Assembly (NCBI GenBank): GCA_026991555.1
Contig: JALXBI010000009.1
Location: 8,984 to 72,983, forward strand
Reading direction: 5' to 3'
Length of the DNA: 64,000 nucleotides
Source of the DNA: Candidatus Aminicenantes bacterium
GTDB lineage: Bacteria > Acidobacteriota > Aminicenantia > S016-38
Positions 16,812-27,450 of the stretch are shown here, in pieces. Below the pieces are notes generated by a model. The model had not been told where the DNA came from and did not search any database. It saw only the letters and a list, made by a program, of their open reading frames with translations. A program made the translations under genes and the position numbers. Positions within the stretch are counted from its first letter, which is position 1; each line of letters begins with the position of its first letter.

Positions 16812-18563
16812 ATGATAAAGAGGATAGGGGAAATTTCTATTTCTAAGGAAGACCTGAGAAAATATGTCCAGGAAATTAATCTTTCCCAGAAGGCCTTCCC
16901 TATAAAGGAGCAAAGGGAGGCCATGGTGGCCCTTTTAAAGGCCTGGGATGAGGCCTCTAACCGGGAGAACATCATTCTTCTTTCCAGGGATTTTGGTGAG
17001 GATTATCCTAAGTTGAGGGTTTACGGGGTCCTTTCCCACGACTGGCCGGGCCTGGCGGATACCACCATGGGATTGTTCCACGAAAAGGGGTGGAATATTT
17101 ACTTCATCAAAGCCTTTTCCATGGAGCACTTAGGGCAGGATCTGGGAATAATTCTGATAGCTATAAGGGTTGAGAATGAAGATAAGATGAAAAAACTTCG
17201 CCAGGACGAAGAGGATATCCTGGGAAACATTGAATATGTGATAACAGGCTCCCTTTCCAAACAATCCCTTATAGCAGAGGAGATAAAAAAGCTGAAAATT
17301 TATGGGAGGATTGTGGAGGCAATAAAAAAGCTTTACGACGGTCCATATCTGAAGGAAATTATCGAGGAAGAAGCGGTAAAATTCGTTTCGGCCCGTTCCA
17401 GGGAATACCTTGAGGAGAGGAGAATTGAGGACCTTGCCAGGCTTGTTATAGACAACAGGATCTTCGTGGAAAAGGTCCTTCAGGAGGAAAGGCCCCAGGT
17501 TAGAATAAGGGACCTTCCCACGAGGAGGGGAATTTTTACCGCCCTTACCGCCTTTGATAGGGTTGAGAACCTTTCCATGGAAGATCTTATACGCATTATC
17601 TGGCACATTTATCCTGAACACAGAATCATGTTTTACAAGGAGTACAAAAGAAAAGGTGTGGCAGTAGTTCACCTTGAGGTGGTGGACGAGAATTCCAATC
17701 CCTTGCCGCCTGGAATTAAGAAAAAAATAGAGGAATTCCTGTCCAACCCCTTCCTGATAAAACAGGCCCGAAGGGCAGGGAGAATCCAGAGAATCGGAGG
17801 ATTCGAACATTACGCCAGGGCAATAATCCCGGTTTTAGTGAGGGAAGCCCAGAATACAGGGCTGCCCCAGGTTTTCTTCTCGGTGGTGGGTTCCGATGAG
17901 TTCTATATTCATTTTAAATTAATAATCGTGCACAGGGAGGAGGTAACTTATCGGATAATAGAGGAACTTCAGAAGATAAATGGGGTTGAAATAAGGGCAG
18001 CGAAGATTCCTAAGCAAATGGGCAATTGGTACCACACTGTAATAGATATAAGGGTTGCTCTGGAGTTCTTTCCTTCGGTTGAGGACATATATACTCAGTT
18101 GAAAAATAGTCTTGAAAAGGTCATGGGCAGGTTTAGGGATTTTGACAAGGGCATGCGAGAGATGGAGAAGACCAAATTTTCCCACATTTCCGAAACCCTC
18201 AAGGAAATTCCCGACAGAATCCTCAGGACCTTTTACTTTAGCTTAGAAGATTTTTACCGGGTTAGCGCTCCCCAGGAGGAAATAGAGGACCTGATGAAAA
18301 TGGGCTGGGAATGTTATGGAGTTGAAGGGGTTCCATGTTATAAATTGAAGGTGCAAAACTCTACCGGCCTTCTGGTCCTGAAGGTGGAACACGACCCTCG
18401 GATCCTGCCGGAGCTTGCCGAGGTCTTCTACTCTAACACGCCTATAATTTCCAGAGCTGAATTTGAGGCCTGGGACATAATATTTCTTGTTTTAAGGGAA
18501 TGCAACGGGAAGGGGGAACTTAAGGATAAACTCAATAAGTTACTGGGAAGAGAGAAAGGATAA
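16812..18563 (+). CDS. Hypothetical protein with at least three ACT-like regulatory repeats
   Basis: 583 aa. Segments such as VYGVLSHDWPGLADTTMGLFHEKGWNI, FFSVVGSDEFYIHFKLIIVH and LLVLKVEHDPRILPELAEVF resemble ACT folds. No catalytic domain is recognised. Confidence 0.35.
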   Translation: MIKRIGEISISKEDLRKYVQEINLSQKAFPIKEQREAMVALLKAWDEASNRENIILLSRDFGEDYPKLRVYGVLSHDWPGLADTTMGLFHEKGWNIYFIKAFSMEHLGQDLGIILIAIRVENEDKMKKLRQDEEDILGNIEYVITGSLSKQSLIAEEIKKLKIYGRIVEAIKKLYDGPYLKEIIEEEAVKFVSARSREYLEERRIEDLARLVIDNRIFVEKVLQEERPQVRIRDLPTRRGIFTALTAFDRVENLSMEDLIRIIWHIYPEHRIMFYKEYKRKGVAVVHLEVVDENSNPLPPGIKKKIEEFLSNPFLIKQARRAGRIQRIGGFEHYARAIIPVLVREAQNTGLPQVFFSVVGSDEFYIHFKLIIVHREEVTYRIIEELQKINGVEIRAAKIPKQMGNWYHTVIDIRVALEFFPSVEDIYTQLKNSLEKVMGRFRDFDKGMREMEKTKFSHISETLKEIPDRILRTFYFSLEDFYRVSAPQEEIEDLMKMGWECYGVEGVPCYKLKVQNSTGLLVLKVEHDPRILPELAEVFYSNTPIISRAEFEAWDIIFLVLRECNGKGELKDKLNKLLGREKG

Positions 18564-18609
18564 TTTTGAACCTCTGATATAATATTTCGGTAAAGGAAAG
18601 GAGGAGAGC

Positions 18610-18822
18610 ATGAAAAAGGGAATACATCCTAAGTATTACCAATGCGTGGTCACCTGCGCCTGCGGAAATACCTTCGTTACTCGCTCAACCAAAAAGGAAA
18701 TTCATGTGGAAGTTTGCAATCTCTGCCATCCCTTCTTTACCGGAAAACAGAAAATAGTGGACTCCTCGGGAAGGGTTGAAAAATTCCGCAGGAAATACGG
18801 TGAAAACTACGCTAAAAGGTGA
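18610..18822 (+). CDS. rpmE: 50S ribosomal protein L31
   Basis: 70 aa. [10 protein letters not shown]...CxxC...C Zn-ribbon form of L31. RBS AGGAGG upstream. Confidence 0.9.
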   Translation: MKKGIHPKYYQCVVTCACGNTFVTRSTKKEIHVEVCNLCHPFFTGKQKIVDSSGRVEKFRRKYGENYAKR

Positions 18823-19892
18823 TGTTTGAGCGCTTAGAGGGGATAGAGAGGAAATTCCAGGAAATAGAAAGAAAATTAGCCTCCCAGGAGATTCTTAAGG
18901 ATCCCGGTAAATTCAAAAGTCTGGCCAAGGAAAGGGCCGAGCTTGAACCCATAGTCTCCAAATTTCGCCAATATAAGAGTGTTCTTGGCAAAATAAAGGA
19001 AGCCAAGGAAATTCTCAAGGAAGGGGATAAAGAACTCAGGGAGCTGGCTGAGGAGGAGCTTAGGGAACTCAATTCCCAGCTCAAGGAAATCGAGAAGGAA
19101 CTAAAATTCCTGCTTCTTCCCAAGGATCCCAACGACGAAAGGAATGTAATATTAGAGATAAGAGCAGGAGCCGGGGGTGAAGAAGCTGCCCTTTTTGTGG
19201 GGGATCTTTTCAGGATGTATACCAGATATGCGGAGAGAAAGGGGTGGAAGACGGAAATTCTGGACTCGCATCCTTCCTCCTTAGGGGGATTCAAGGAAGT
19301 GGTGGTTCTTGTTAAGGGCAAGGGGGCATATAGCCGATTTAAATTTGAAAGTGGGGTGCACCGGGTGCAGAGAGTGCCGGTTACGGAAACCGGCGGTAGG
19401 ATTCACACCTCCACCGCTACTGTGGCGGTTCTTCCCGAGGCAGACGAGATAGACGTGAAAATAGATCCCAAGGACCTCAGGATTGAAGCCTTTGGAGCAT
19501 CAGGGCCCGGGGGACAAAATGTGAACAGAAACTATACTGCCATAAGGATAACCCATCTCCCCACGGGGATTGTGGTTTCGTGTCAGGACGAAAAATCCCA
19601 GCATCGCAATAAGGAAAAGGCTATGAAAATACTGAGGGCCCGGCTCTACGAGCTTGAGAGGAAAAAACAGCAGGAAGCCATAACCCAGAGCCGCAGGGCT
19701 CAGGTGGGAAGCGGGGAAAGGAGCGAAAAAATAAGAACATATAATTTTCCCCAGAACCGGGTTTCGGACCATCGCATCAACTATACTGTCCACAACCTTG
19801 AAGCGGTCCTCGACGGGGAGCTTGACGAAATAATAGACAGGCTCATAGCCAACTACCAGGCAGAGAAGCTCAAGGAAAAGAAGCTGGCTTGA
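18819..19892 (+). CDS. prfA: Peptide chain release factor 1
   Basis: 357 aa. GGQ motif (SGPGGQNVN) and a PxT-type RF1 decoding region. 4-nt overlap with rpmE. Confidence 0.95.
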   Translation: MMFERLEGIERKFQEIERKLASQEILKDPGKFKSLAKERAELEPIVSKFRQYKSVLGKIKEAKEILKEGDKELRELAEEELRELNSQLKEIEKELKFLLLPKDPNDERNVILEIRAGAGGEEAALFVGDLFRMYTRYAERKGWKTEILDSHPSSLGGFKEVVVLVKGKGAYSRFKFESGVHRVQRVPVTETGGRIHTSTATVAVLPEADEIDVKIDPKDLRIEAFGASGPGGQNVNRNYTAIRITHLPTGIVVSCQDEKSQHRNKEKAMKILRARLYELERKKQQEAITQSRRAQVGSGERSEKIRTYNFPQNRVSDHRINYTVHNLEAVLDGELDEIIDRLIANYQAEKLKEKKLA

Positions 19893-20683
19893 AAATCTCC
19901 CAGGCCCTTTATTTTGCAAAGAAAAAGCTGAAGGGCTTCGTGGAGAATCCCTTCTTTGAAGCAGAACTTTTGGTAAGAAAAATTCTTAACCTAACCCGGG
20001 AGGAACTCTATTCTAAGGACCTGCAGGTGAGCAGGAAGAAGCTGCTTGAACTGATAGAGTTAAGGAAAAAAAGATATCCCATTCAATACATCCTTGGTGA
20101 GGTGGAGTTTTACTCTAAGAAGTTCTGGGTAAGGGAGGGGGTTTTCATCCCCAGACCGGAGACGGAAACCTTAGTGGAAGCGGGAATAAAGTTCATCCCG
20201 AGGGGAACGAGGGTTATAGAAGTTGGCACCGGCTCAGGGGTAATTGCCATTACCTTAGCCTTAGAAAGACCTGACCTTGAGCTATTCGCCGATGACATAA
20301 GCTGGAAGGCAGTTTCCCTTGCCCGGGAAAACGCCAGGGAACTGGGGGCAGACGTGAATTTCGTAGTGGGGGACTGTCTCCTTCCCTTCAGGGGAAAGTT
20401 TGGGGCAGTGATAAGCAATCCCCCCTATGTGGCTCCCGGGGAAGAGGTTTCCCCGGAGCTGGCCTGGGAACCCCAGCAGGCATACTTAGCTCCTCCCGAC
20501 GGGCTTTCCTTTATAAAAAGACTTCTAAGGGAAGCGGAGGCTGTTCTTTCTCCCCACGGAATAATCCTTCTTGAAATTTCCCCAACCCAGGCCCGGTTTC
20601 TGAAGGAAGAATACAGGGCGGGGATTATCAGGGACCTTTACGGAAGGGAAAGGGTGGCCGTGGTCAGTTACGGAAGTGGTTGA
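19889..20683 (+). CDS. prmC: Release-factor glutamine N5-methyltransferase
   Basis: 264 aa. NPPY motif and SAM-binding VIEVGTGSG. Coupled to prfA. Confidence 0.85.
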   Translation: MKISQALYFAKKKLKGFVENPFFEAELLVRKILNLTREELYSKDLQVSRKKLLELIELRKKRYPIQYILGEVEFYSKKFWVREGVFIPRPETETLVEAGIKFIPRGTRVIEVGTGSGVIAITLALERPDLELFADDISWKAVSLARENARELGADVNFVVGDCLLPFRGKFGAVISNPPYVAPGEEVSPELAWEPQQAYLAPPDGLSFIKRLLREAEAVLSPHGIILLEISPTQARFLKEEYRAGIIRDLYGRERVAVVSYGSG

Positions 20684-20708
20684 GTAAAAGAAGTGTATTT
20701 TATATAAT
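20680..20708 (+). promoter_or_regulatory. Sigma-70-like promoter upstream of hppA (TTGAGT, 17 nt spacer, TATAAT)
   Basis: Near-consensus -35 and -10 hexamers with a 17-nt spacer, about 35 nt upstream of the hppA ATG. An AGGGAGGTG RBS lies at 20728-20736. Confidence 0.45.
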
Positions 20709-20743
20709 AAGAACTCTTTAAAACCCAAGAGGGAGGTGAAGAA

Positions 20744-22945
20744 ATGGAATTCAACAATCTTTTTATTCTGGCTCCAGTGGCCGCAGTTCTTGCCCTTGTT
20801 TTTGCGTACCTTTTTTACCGGCAGATAATGAAGGTTCCTGAGGGAACCGAGAAAATGAAGGAAATAGCTCATGCGGTAAGGGTAGGGGCCAAAGCCTATC
20901 TGAAAAGGCAGTATGTGGTAGTTGCAATCTTTTTCGTTCTGACCAGTCTCTTTCTGGTTTTCCTCTCCTTTGTCCTTAAGGTGCAGTCCAGGTGGACAGC
21001 CTTCGCGTTTCTCACCGGAGGGTTTTTCTCGGCCCTTTCCGGTTATCTGGGAATGATGGCGGCCACCAATGCCTCTGCAAGGACCGCCAATTCCGCCCGA
21101 ACCTCCCTCAACAGCGCTTTAAAAGTAGCCTTCAGAGCCGGGGCCATTATGGGTCTGGTGGTGGTAGGTCTCGGGCTCATTGACATTTCCATCTGGTTCT
21201 CCGTTCTTCATTATCTGGTTAAATACGACTTGAGGCTTACCACTGTAACCCTTCTTTCCTTCGGAATGGGTGCCTCCCTTCAGGCCCTTTTTGCCAGGGT
21301 GGGAGGAGGAATTTTCACCAAGGCTGCGGATGTGGGAGCCGATTTGGTGGGAAAGGTGGAAGCGGGGATTCCCGAGGATGACCCCAGAAATCCTGCTGTT
21401 ATCGCCGACAATGTGGGGGATAATGTGGGGGATGTAGCAGGCATGGGTGCGGACCTTTACGAGAGCTATACCGGCTCCATTCTTTCCTCGGCTGCCTTAG
21501 GAGCCTCGGCCTTTTATGCTACCCAATATACCCTTAATGCGGTCATCCTTCCCATGGTGGTGGCGGCTGTGGGGATGGTGGCTTCCATAATAGGGATTTA
21601 CTTGGTCAAGGCCAAGGAGGATGCCAGCCAGAAGAACCTTCTTAATGCCTTAAATAGAGGTATATATGGGGCTTCCCTCCTCATAATAATAGCCACCTAT
21701 TTCATCATAAAGACTCTTCTTCCCCACAACATGGGAATTTTCGGTTCAGTGATAACAGGGCTTATTGTGGGCTTGATAATAGGAAAGTCCACGGAGTATT
21801 ACACCAGCTCCTCCTATGGGCCTACCCAGTTCATTGCGCACCAGTCCCTGACTGGACCGGCAACCACCATCCTGGGTGGTCTTTCCATAGGAATGCTTTC
21901 CACAGCTATCCCGGTTCTGGCAGTGGCCTTTGGCATTATCATAGCCTTCTGGGCTGCGGGAGGTTTTTCCCAGCCTATCTTAGGTCTATACGGAATAGGG
22001 ATAGCTGCGGTGGGGATGCTCTCCACCTTGGGGATAACCTTAGCAACAGATGCCTACGGTCCAGTGGCGGATAACGCCGGTGGGAATGCCCAGATGGCCG
22101 AGCTTCCCCCGGAGGTGAGAAAAAGAACCGATGCCTTGGATGCCTTAGGGAACACCACCGCTGCCACGGGAAAGGGTTTCGCTATAGGTTCTGCTGCCCT
22201 TACCGCCCTTGCCCTCCTTGCCGCCTACATCGAAGAGGTAAGGGGAGGATTGATAAGGCTGGTGAATAACGGATGGGTTTTCAAGGATATAGCGAAGGTG
22301 GTAGGCTCCACTGATGTGCAGGCCATATTAAACTGGCTTCATAAAGCCACCATAGGGGATTTTATGAGGCTTTTTGCCGTAAACCTCATGAATCCCAAGG
22401 TCATCGTGGGCATTTTCTTAGGCGCCATGATGCCCTTCTTCTTTTCCGGTCTTGCCATAAAGGCAGTGGGCAAGGCTGCCGGTGAGATGGTGGAGGAAGT
22501 AAGGCGCCAGTTCAGGGAGATAAAGGGATTGCTGGAGGGAAAGGCCAAACCTGATTATGCCACCTGCGTGGAGATTTCCACCAAGGGTGCCCAGAAGGCC
22601 ATGGTGGCCCCTGCCCTAACAGCGGTGCTTGCTCCCATAGTGACCGGTTTGCTCCTTGGTGTTTCCGGGGTTATGGGGCTTCTAATAGGGGCCCTGAGTT
22701 CCGGTTTCATCCTGGCTATATTTATGGCCAACGCCGGGGGAGCCTGGGACAACGCTAAAAAGTTCATTGAAGAGGGCAATTACGGAGGAAAGGGCTCCGA
22801 ACCCCACAAGGCGGGAGTGGTAGGGGATACCGTGGGAGATCCCCTAAAAGACACTGCAGGTCCTTCCCTCAATATTCTTATTAAGCTTATGAGCATGGTT
22901 TCGGTGGTGGTGGCAGGCCTTGTGGTGGCCTATCACCTCTTGTGA
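20744..22945 (+). CDS. hppA: Membrane-bound proton-translocating pyrophosphatase (V-type H+-PPase)
   Basis: 733 aa with 15-16 transmembrane segments. Conserved H+-PPase blocks ([28 protein letters not shown]). Confidence 0.95.
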   Translation: MEFNNLFILAPVAAVLALVFAYLFYRQIMKVPEGTEKMKEIAHAVRVGAKAYLKRQYVVVAIFFVLTSLFLVFLSFVLKVQSRWTAFAFLTGGFFSALSGYLGMMAATNASARTANSARTSLNSALKVAFRAGAIMGLVVVGLGLIDISIWFSVLHYLVKYDLRLTTVTLLSFGMGASLQALFARVGGGIFTKAADVGADLVGKVEAGIPEDDPRNPAVIADNVGDNVGDVAGMGADLYESYTGSILSSAALGASAFYATQYTLNAVILPMVVAAVGMVASIIGIYLVKAKEDASQKNLLNALNRGIYGASLLIIIATYFIIKTLLPHNMGIFGSVITGLIVGLIIGKSTEYYTSSSYGPTQFIAHQSLTGPATTILGGLSIGMLSTAIPVLAVAFGIIIAFWAAGGFSQPILGLYGIGIAAVGMLSTLGITLATDAYGPVADNAGGNAQMAELPPEVRKRTDALDALGNTTAATGKGFAIGSAALTALALLAAYIEEVRGGLIRLVNNGWVFKDIAKVVGSTDVQAILNWLHKATIGDFMRLFAVNLMNPKVIVGIFLGAMMPFFFSGLAIKAVGKAAGEMVEEVRRQFREIKGLLEGKAKPDYATCVEISTKGAQKAMVAPALTAVLAPIVTGLLLGVSGVMGLLIGALSSGFILAIFMANAGGAWDNAKKFIEEGNYGGKGSEPHKAGVVGDTVGDPLKDTAGPSLNILIKLMSMVSVVVAGLVVAYHLL

Positions 22946-22982
22946 TATAATAGGCCTGGAAAAACCTATAAGGAGGTTTAAG

Positions 22983-23246
22983 ATGGCCCTTATGATAACC
23001 GAAGAATGCATTAATTGCGGTGCCTGCGAACCTGAATGCCCCAACGAAGCTATTTATCAGGGAGCAGAGATTTTTGAAATTGACCCTGAAAAATGCACCG
23101 AGTGCGTGGGATTTTACGATGAACCCCAGTGCATTGCCGTCTGTCCCGTGGACTGCATAGTTCCTAATCCGGATTATCAGGAAACCAAAGAGCAGCTCCT
23201 GGAGAAGTTCAAGAGGCTCCATCCCGATAAGGAGCCAGTTCTTTAA
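22983..23246 (+). CDS. 4Fe-4S ferredoxin (YfhL-like)
   Basis: 87 aa from the internal ATG at 22983, with RBS AAGGAGG 7 nt upstream. Two Cys clusters (CINCGACEPECP and CTECVGF...CIAVCP). Confidence 0.8.
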   Translation: MALMITEECINCGACEPECPNEAIYQGAEIFEIDPEKCTECVGFYDEPQCIAVCPVDCIVPNPDYQETKEQLLEKFKRLHPDKEPVL

Positions 23247-23263
23247 GCTGCAATAAAGGAGGA

Positions 23264-23285
23264 GGGGGGAGCAATCCCCCCTTTT
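23264..23285 (+). terminator. Putative rho-independent terminator after the ferredoxin gene
   Basis: GGGGGG-agcaat-CCCCCC hairpin followed by TTTT. Confidence 0.35.
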
Positions 23286-23290
23286 GAAAA

Positions 23291-24373
23291 ATGGAAGATA
23301 AAATAAAGGAAATACTTAAGACTGTAAAATTTCCGGGTTATACCAGGGACATTGTTTCCTTTGGTATGGTTAAAAACATAAAGGTAAGCGGTGATTCGGT
23401 TGAGATTGAACTTTACATAAACACCAGAAACCAGGAAGCTGCGGAAAAAGTCAGAAAGGAAGTAGAGGAGAAAGTTTCTTCCTTGGAGGGAATATCCAGA
23501 GTCACAGTAAAGCTTTCCACTTTAGCCCAGAAGGAGCCGCCAAAACCCAAGGCCCAGGTTTCTACCAAGTCCAGCCCCTTTGCTGATCAGAGAAAAATAG
23601 AAGGGGTTAAATGCGTGATAGCAGTGGCCTCCGGGAAAGGAGGGGTGGGAAAAACCACCGTGGCAGTTAATCTCGCCTTAGCCCTGGCAAAGAAAGGATA
23701 TAGCGTGGGGATAATGGATGCGGATGTTTACGGTCCCAATGTCCCCACCATGATGGGAATAGAGGGGGCTGTGCCCAGGGTAACCCAGGACAACAAGATA
23801 ATCCCGGTAGAAGTGGGAGGCATCAAGGTTATAAGCATAGGGTTCTTCGTGGAAAAGGACCAGCCCGTTATATGGAGAGGCCCCTTAGTTTCCAAGCTTA
23901 TAGAACAGTTCCTCAGGGACGTTATTTGGGCTCCCCTTGACATACTAATAGTTGACCTTCCCCCGGGAACCGGAGATGTGCAGCTTTCCTTAGTGCAGAA
24001 GGTTCCTGTGGATGGGGGAGTTGTGGTTACTACTCCCCAGGAGCTGGCCCTTCAGGATGCCAGGAAGGCCACAAAAATGTTTGAGGAAGTAGGAGTTCCA
24101 GTCATAGGCATAATAGAAAACATGAGTTACCTCATATGTCCCCATTGCGGAAAGAGAATAGACCTGTTTCCCCATGCAGGAGCCCAGAAAGCCGCCCAGG
24201 ATATGAAAACCAAATATTTAGGGGAGATTCCCTTTGAGCCCAGGGCCGCTGAAGGTTCAGATGCAGGAAGACCTGTAGTCCTCTATTTCCCTGATTCTCC
24301 CCAGACCGAAGCCTTCTTAAAGCTTGCGGATGTGGTGGTGAAGGAAACCGATTGTATTGAGCCGATCCAGTAA
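23291..24373 (+). CDS. apbC: Mrp/NBP35/ApbC family Fe-S cluster carrier ATPase
   Basis: 360 aa. N-terminal DUF59-like domain, then P-loop GKGGVGKTT and a CxxC motif (CPHCG). Confidence 0.9.
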   Translation: MEDKIKEILKTVKFPGYTRDIVSFGMVKNIKVSGDSVEIELYINTRNQEAAEKVRKEVEEKVSSLEGISRVTVKLSTLAQKEPPKPKAQVSTKSSPFADQRKIEGVKCVIAVASGKGGVGKTTVAVNLALALAKKGYSVGIMDADVYGPNVPTMMGIEGAVPRVTQDNKIIPVEVGGIKVISIGFFVEKDQPVIWRGPLVSKLIEQFLRDVIWAPLDILIVDLPPGTGDVQLSLVQKVPVDGGVVVTTPQELALQDARKATKMFEEVGVPVIGIIENMSYLICPHCGKRIDLFPHAGAQKAAQDMKTKYLGEIPFEPRAAEGSDAGRPVVLYFPDSPQTEAFLKLADVVVKETDCIEPIQ

Positions 24374-25229
24374 ATTTCCCTGGATTCAATTAGGACTTTT
24401 CGTAATCACCCTTTTAACCACCTTAGCCTGGGGTGCCCTTCACTGGTTTGGCTTTTACAAACCCGAGGCAAGCTCTGAGGAGATTTATCAGGCCTTTAAG
24501 AGCCTCAAATTCATAAAATTAGGTGCCCCCTTTTCCCTCTCCCTCCTTTTCATCCTCCTTTCCCACGAAATGGGTCATTACCTTACAGCAAGGGCCTATG
24601 GGGTGGAGACCACCCTTCCTTACTTCATTCCCGCCCCTAACATCCTGGGAACCTTCGGCGCGGTCATAAGGATAAAATCCCCGGTCCCTTCAAGGAGGGC
24701 ACTTTTTGACATAGGGCTGGCTGGCCCGCTGATCGGTTTTTTGGCTACCATCCCCTTTCTCCTTTATGGGCTTTCCCACGCCGTTGTGCTTTCTTCCCCT
24801 CCAGCGGAGGGAATCTTTCTGGGAGACCCCCTTCTTTTAAAAATTCTTTATAAATTTTATTTCCCTGGCATTTCGCCCCAGTCGGTGGTAATCCATCCCG
24901 TGGGCTTAGCTGCATGGGTGGGTCTTTTCGTTACCTCCCTGAATCTTCTTCCTGTGGGACAGCTGGACGGAGGCCATATTGCCTATGCGGTTCTGGGACA
25001 TGAAGCGGACAAGCTTTCCTGGGCTCTGATGTTTTTTCTGATTTATCTGGGAGTTTTTAAGTGGGCAGGCTGGTTAATTTGGGCGGTTCTCCTGGTGTTT
25101 ATAGGAATAAGACATCCCCATTTTGGGTATTACGATAAACTGGACAGGGTAAGACTGGCCCTTTCCGTGGTTGCCCTTTTAATATTTTTACTAACCTTCA
25201 TTCCTGTTCCGGTGGTTTTGAAGGGCTGA
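24357..25229 (+). CDS. Site-2 protease family (M50) membrane metalloprotease
   Basis: 290 aa, polytopic. HExxH motif (SHEMGHYL). Confidence 0.65.
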   Translation: MSRSSKFPWIQLGLFVITLLTTLAWGALHWFGFYKPEASSEEIYQAFKSLKFIKLGAPFSLSLLFILLSHEMGHYLTARAYGVETTLPYFIPAPNILGTFGAVIRIKSPVPSRRALFDIGLAGPLIGFLATIPFLLYGLSHAVVLSSPPAEGIFLGDPLLLKILYKFYFPGISPQSVVIHPVGLAAWVGLFVTSLNLLPVGQLDGGHIAYAVLGHEADKLSWALMFFLIYLGVFKWAGWLIWAVLLVFIGIRHPHFGYYDKLDRVRLALSVVALLIFLLTFIPVPVVLKG

Positions 25230-25635
25230 GGGCGAAAAATTTAGCCCTGGCACTGGCTATTTCCGTCTTCCCCTCTATTAACCTTGCTGCGGTGGAATAG
25301 ATGTTCCGTCTTCTTCCTTCCACCCATCCCTCCACCCGGTATTCTCTTCCAGGTTCTGCTTTTTTCCTGAATCTTACACTAATTTCCACGGTGAAGGCTA
25401 TTATGTCCTGAAGGAGAAGGGCCTTAGCCATGGCCTCGTCCAGAACCGTGGTTACTATACCTCCATGAACAATTCCTGGATAGCCAACATAATTTTCGTG
25501 AAAAACTACCTTGGCTCTGGCTAAATTCCCTTCCCTTTCAAACCGAAGCTTAAGACCCCAGGGATTTTCTTTCCCGCAGGCGAAACAGCCTTCCCAGTTC
25601 AGCCAAGAACCTTCCTCACCCTTTCCATTGCCCAA
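25198..25635 (-). CDS. PaaI-family hotdog-fold acyl-CoA thioesterase
   Basis: 145 aa. HGGIVTTVLDEA motif typical of PaaI/4HBT thioesterases. Confidence 0.75.
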   Translation of the reverse strand: MGNGKGEEGSWLNWEGCFACGKENPWGLKLRFEREGNLARAKVVFHENYVGYPGIVHGGIVTTVLDEAMAKALLLQDIIAFTVEISVRFRKKAEPGREYRVEGWVEGRRRNIYSTAARLIEGKTEIASARAKFFALSPSKPPEQE

Positions 25636-26789
25636 TCTATCTCCTCCTTGGTTATTACTAAAGGCGGGGCGAAGCGAAGGACATATTCGTGGGTTTCCTT
25701 GCAGAGAAGTCCCTCCTCCATAAGTTTCTCAGCATAAATTCTGGCTGGCTTTTTAAGTTCTACTCCTATGAGAAGTCCTCTTCCCCTTACTTCCACTATG
25801 TCCGGGTTGGAAAGTTTCCTGAGCTGGGCCATGAAGTATTTTCCCATCTCCGCTGCCCTTTCAGGAAGCCTTTCTTCCACAATGACATCCAGGGCCGCTA
25901 TTCCCACGGCAGCTCCCAAGGGATTTCCTCCGAAGGTTGAGCCGTGGTCTCCTGGATTGAAGACCCCGAGAATTTCCTTAGAGGAGGCAAAAACGGATAC
26001 AGGAAGAATTCCACCGCTTAAGGCCTTGCCGAGGATTATCCCGTCAGGCTTAACCCCCTCCCATTCCCATGCGAACATTTTTCCGGTCCTGCCGAGCCCT
26101 GTCTGAACCTCATCAAGTATCAGAAGAACATTGTGCTTTTTGGTGATTTCCCGGACCTTTTTGAGATATCCGTCCGGGGGTATTATTATACCTCCTTCTC
26201 CCTGGATGGGCTCTAAAAGAACGGCCACGGTATTTTCTGTTATTGCCCTTTCTATGGCTTCTGCGTCCCCATAGGGGACCAGTTTAAATCCAGGGGTAAA
26301 GGGTGAAAAACCGTCTCTGTATTGGGGTTCCGACGAAAAGGAGATTATGGTTATGGTTCTTCCGTGAAAATTACCCTGGGCAGCTATTATTTCTGCCTTA
26401 TCCTTTTCAACCCTCTTTACATAATACCCCCACTTTCTTACCGCCTTTAAGGCAGTTTCCACCGCCTCTGCTCCGGAATTCATGGGAAGGACCATCTCCA
26501 TCCCTGTTATTTCTGCAACCTTTTTCAGGAAAAGGGGGAGCTGGTCGTTGTAAAAGGCCCTGGAGGTAAGGGTCAACTTATCCAGCTGTTTCTTGGCAGC
26601 TTCCACTATTTTAGGGTGACGATGTCCCTGGTTGAGGGCAGAATAGGCGGAGAGCATGTCCATGTATTTCCTTCCTTCCACATCCCATACCCATACTCCT
26701 TCCCCTTTCTCTATAACTATAGGCAGAGGATGATAATTGTGGGCTCCGTAGCGGGAATCCATGTCCATAAGCTCCTGGGTTCTGCTCAT
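25599..26789 (-). CDS. rocD: Class-III PLP aminotransferase, ornithine aminotransferase-like
   Basis: 396 aa. LSAYSALNQGHRHPKIV matches the ornithine aminotransferase N-terminal signature. PLP lysine region DEVQTGLGRTG. Confidence 0.7.
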   Translation of the reverse strand: MSRTQELMDMDSRYGAHNYHPLPIVIEKGEGVWVWDVEGRKYMDMLSAYSALNQGHRHPKIVEAAKKQLDKLTLTSRAFYNDQLPLFLKKVAEITGMEMVLPMNSGAEAVETALKAVRKWGYYVKRVEKDKAEIIAAQGNFHGRTITIISFSSEPQYRDGFSPFTPGFKLVPYGDAEAIERAITENTVAVLLEPIQGEGGIIIPPDGYLKKVREITKKHNVLLILDEVQTGLGRTGKMFAWEWEGVKPDGIILGKALSGGILPVSVFASSKEILGVFNPGDHGSTFGGNPLGAAVGIAALDVIVEERLPERAAEMGKYFMAQLRKLSNPDIVEVRGRGLLIGVELKKPARIYAEKLMEEGLLCKETHEYVLRFAPPLVITKEEIDWAMERVRKVLG

Positions 26790-26844
26790 TTTACCCTCCT
26801 TCGGTAAAAATAGGAGGAAATTATAACAGGGAAATGTGAAGAAT

Positions 26845-26873
26845 AAAAAAGGGCGGAGCCATAGGCTCCGCCC
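26845..26873 (-). terminator. Rho-independent terminator downstream of the 26891-27406 gene
   Basis: Perfect hairpin GGGCGGAGCC-atag-GCTCCGCCC followed on the minus strand by a T6 run. Confidence 0.5.
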
Positions 26874-26890
26874 GTATTATCAGAAAGAAC

Positions 26891-27406
26891 TTAGATCTTC
26901 AGACCGAGTTCCAGGGCGCCGTAGGGGGCAACTCCCGAATACATTCCCAGACTCGTTCCTGCTATGGTGATACCTGAGTTCAGATAAATGGAAAGTCCAC
27001 CTTCTAAACCTATAACATATTTATCGCTGAAGATGGCTTTATATCCAATGGCACCGGTCACGGAGAACAACACGGTATTGGTAGTTTCACCAAGAAACTT
27101 GGCGCTCAGGATTCCCAGACTTCCATAAAGGGCAGCATACAAACCTTCTCCGCTCTTTCCTGCCTCTAAATATTTTCTAACCCCTCCGCTCACACCCAGT
27201 CCGAAGGCGCTCCATCCTCCGCTGGAATAAATGTAAAGGCTTCCTCCGAATACTGGATTGAGTCCCGAAGGCTTTATCATCTCTACATTTACATTGGGAA
27301 CTCCAAAGACTATGCCCACTGGATTTACCGAAATTATCTTAGAACCACTGTAAGCGGGTGCCGCAAGCAGCCCTAAAAGAGCAATGAATAGAAAGGCCTT
27401 CTTCAC
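26891..27406 (-). CDS. Small outer-membrane beta-barrel protein (hypothetical)
   Basis: 171 aa. Signal peptide, Gly/Ser/Tyr-rich alternating pattern and a C-terminal aromatic residue (LELGLKI). Confidence 0.4.
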   Translation of the reverse strand: MKKAFLFIALLGLLAAPAYSGSKIISVNPVGIVFGVPNVNVEMIKPSGLNPVFGGSLYIYSSGGWSAFGLGVSGGVRKYLEAGKSGEGLYAALYGSLGILSAKFLGETTNTVLFSVTGAIGYKAIFSDKYVIGLEGGLSIYLNSGITIAGTSLGMYSGVAPYGALELGLKI

Positions 27407-27450
27407 CTTTCACCTCCTGCTAAATTTTTAGGTATTATAACACAGGAACG

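Noticed and set aside
23247-23290. AAGGAGG upstream of apbC as its RBS
   Set aside because: The motif lies about 28 nt from the ATG, which is too far. It instead overlaps the stem of a GGGGGG/CCCCCC hairpin followed by TTTT, which I interpret as the ferredoxin terminator. The apbC start may use a weak RBS or a different start codon.
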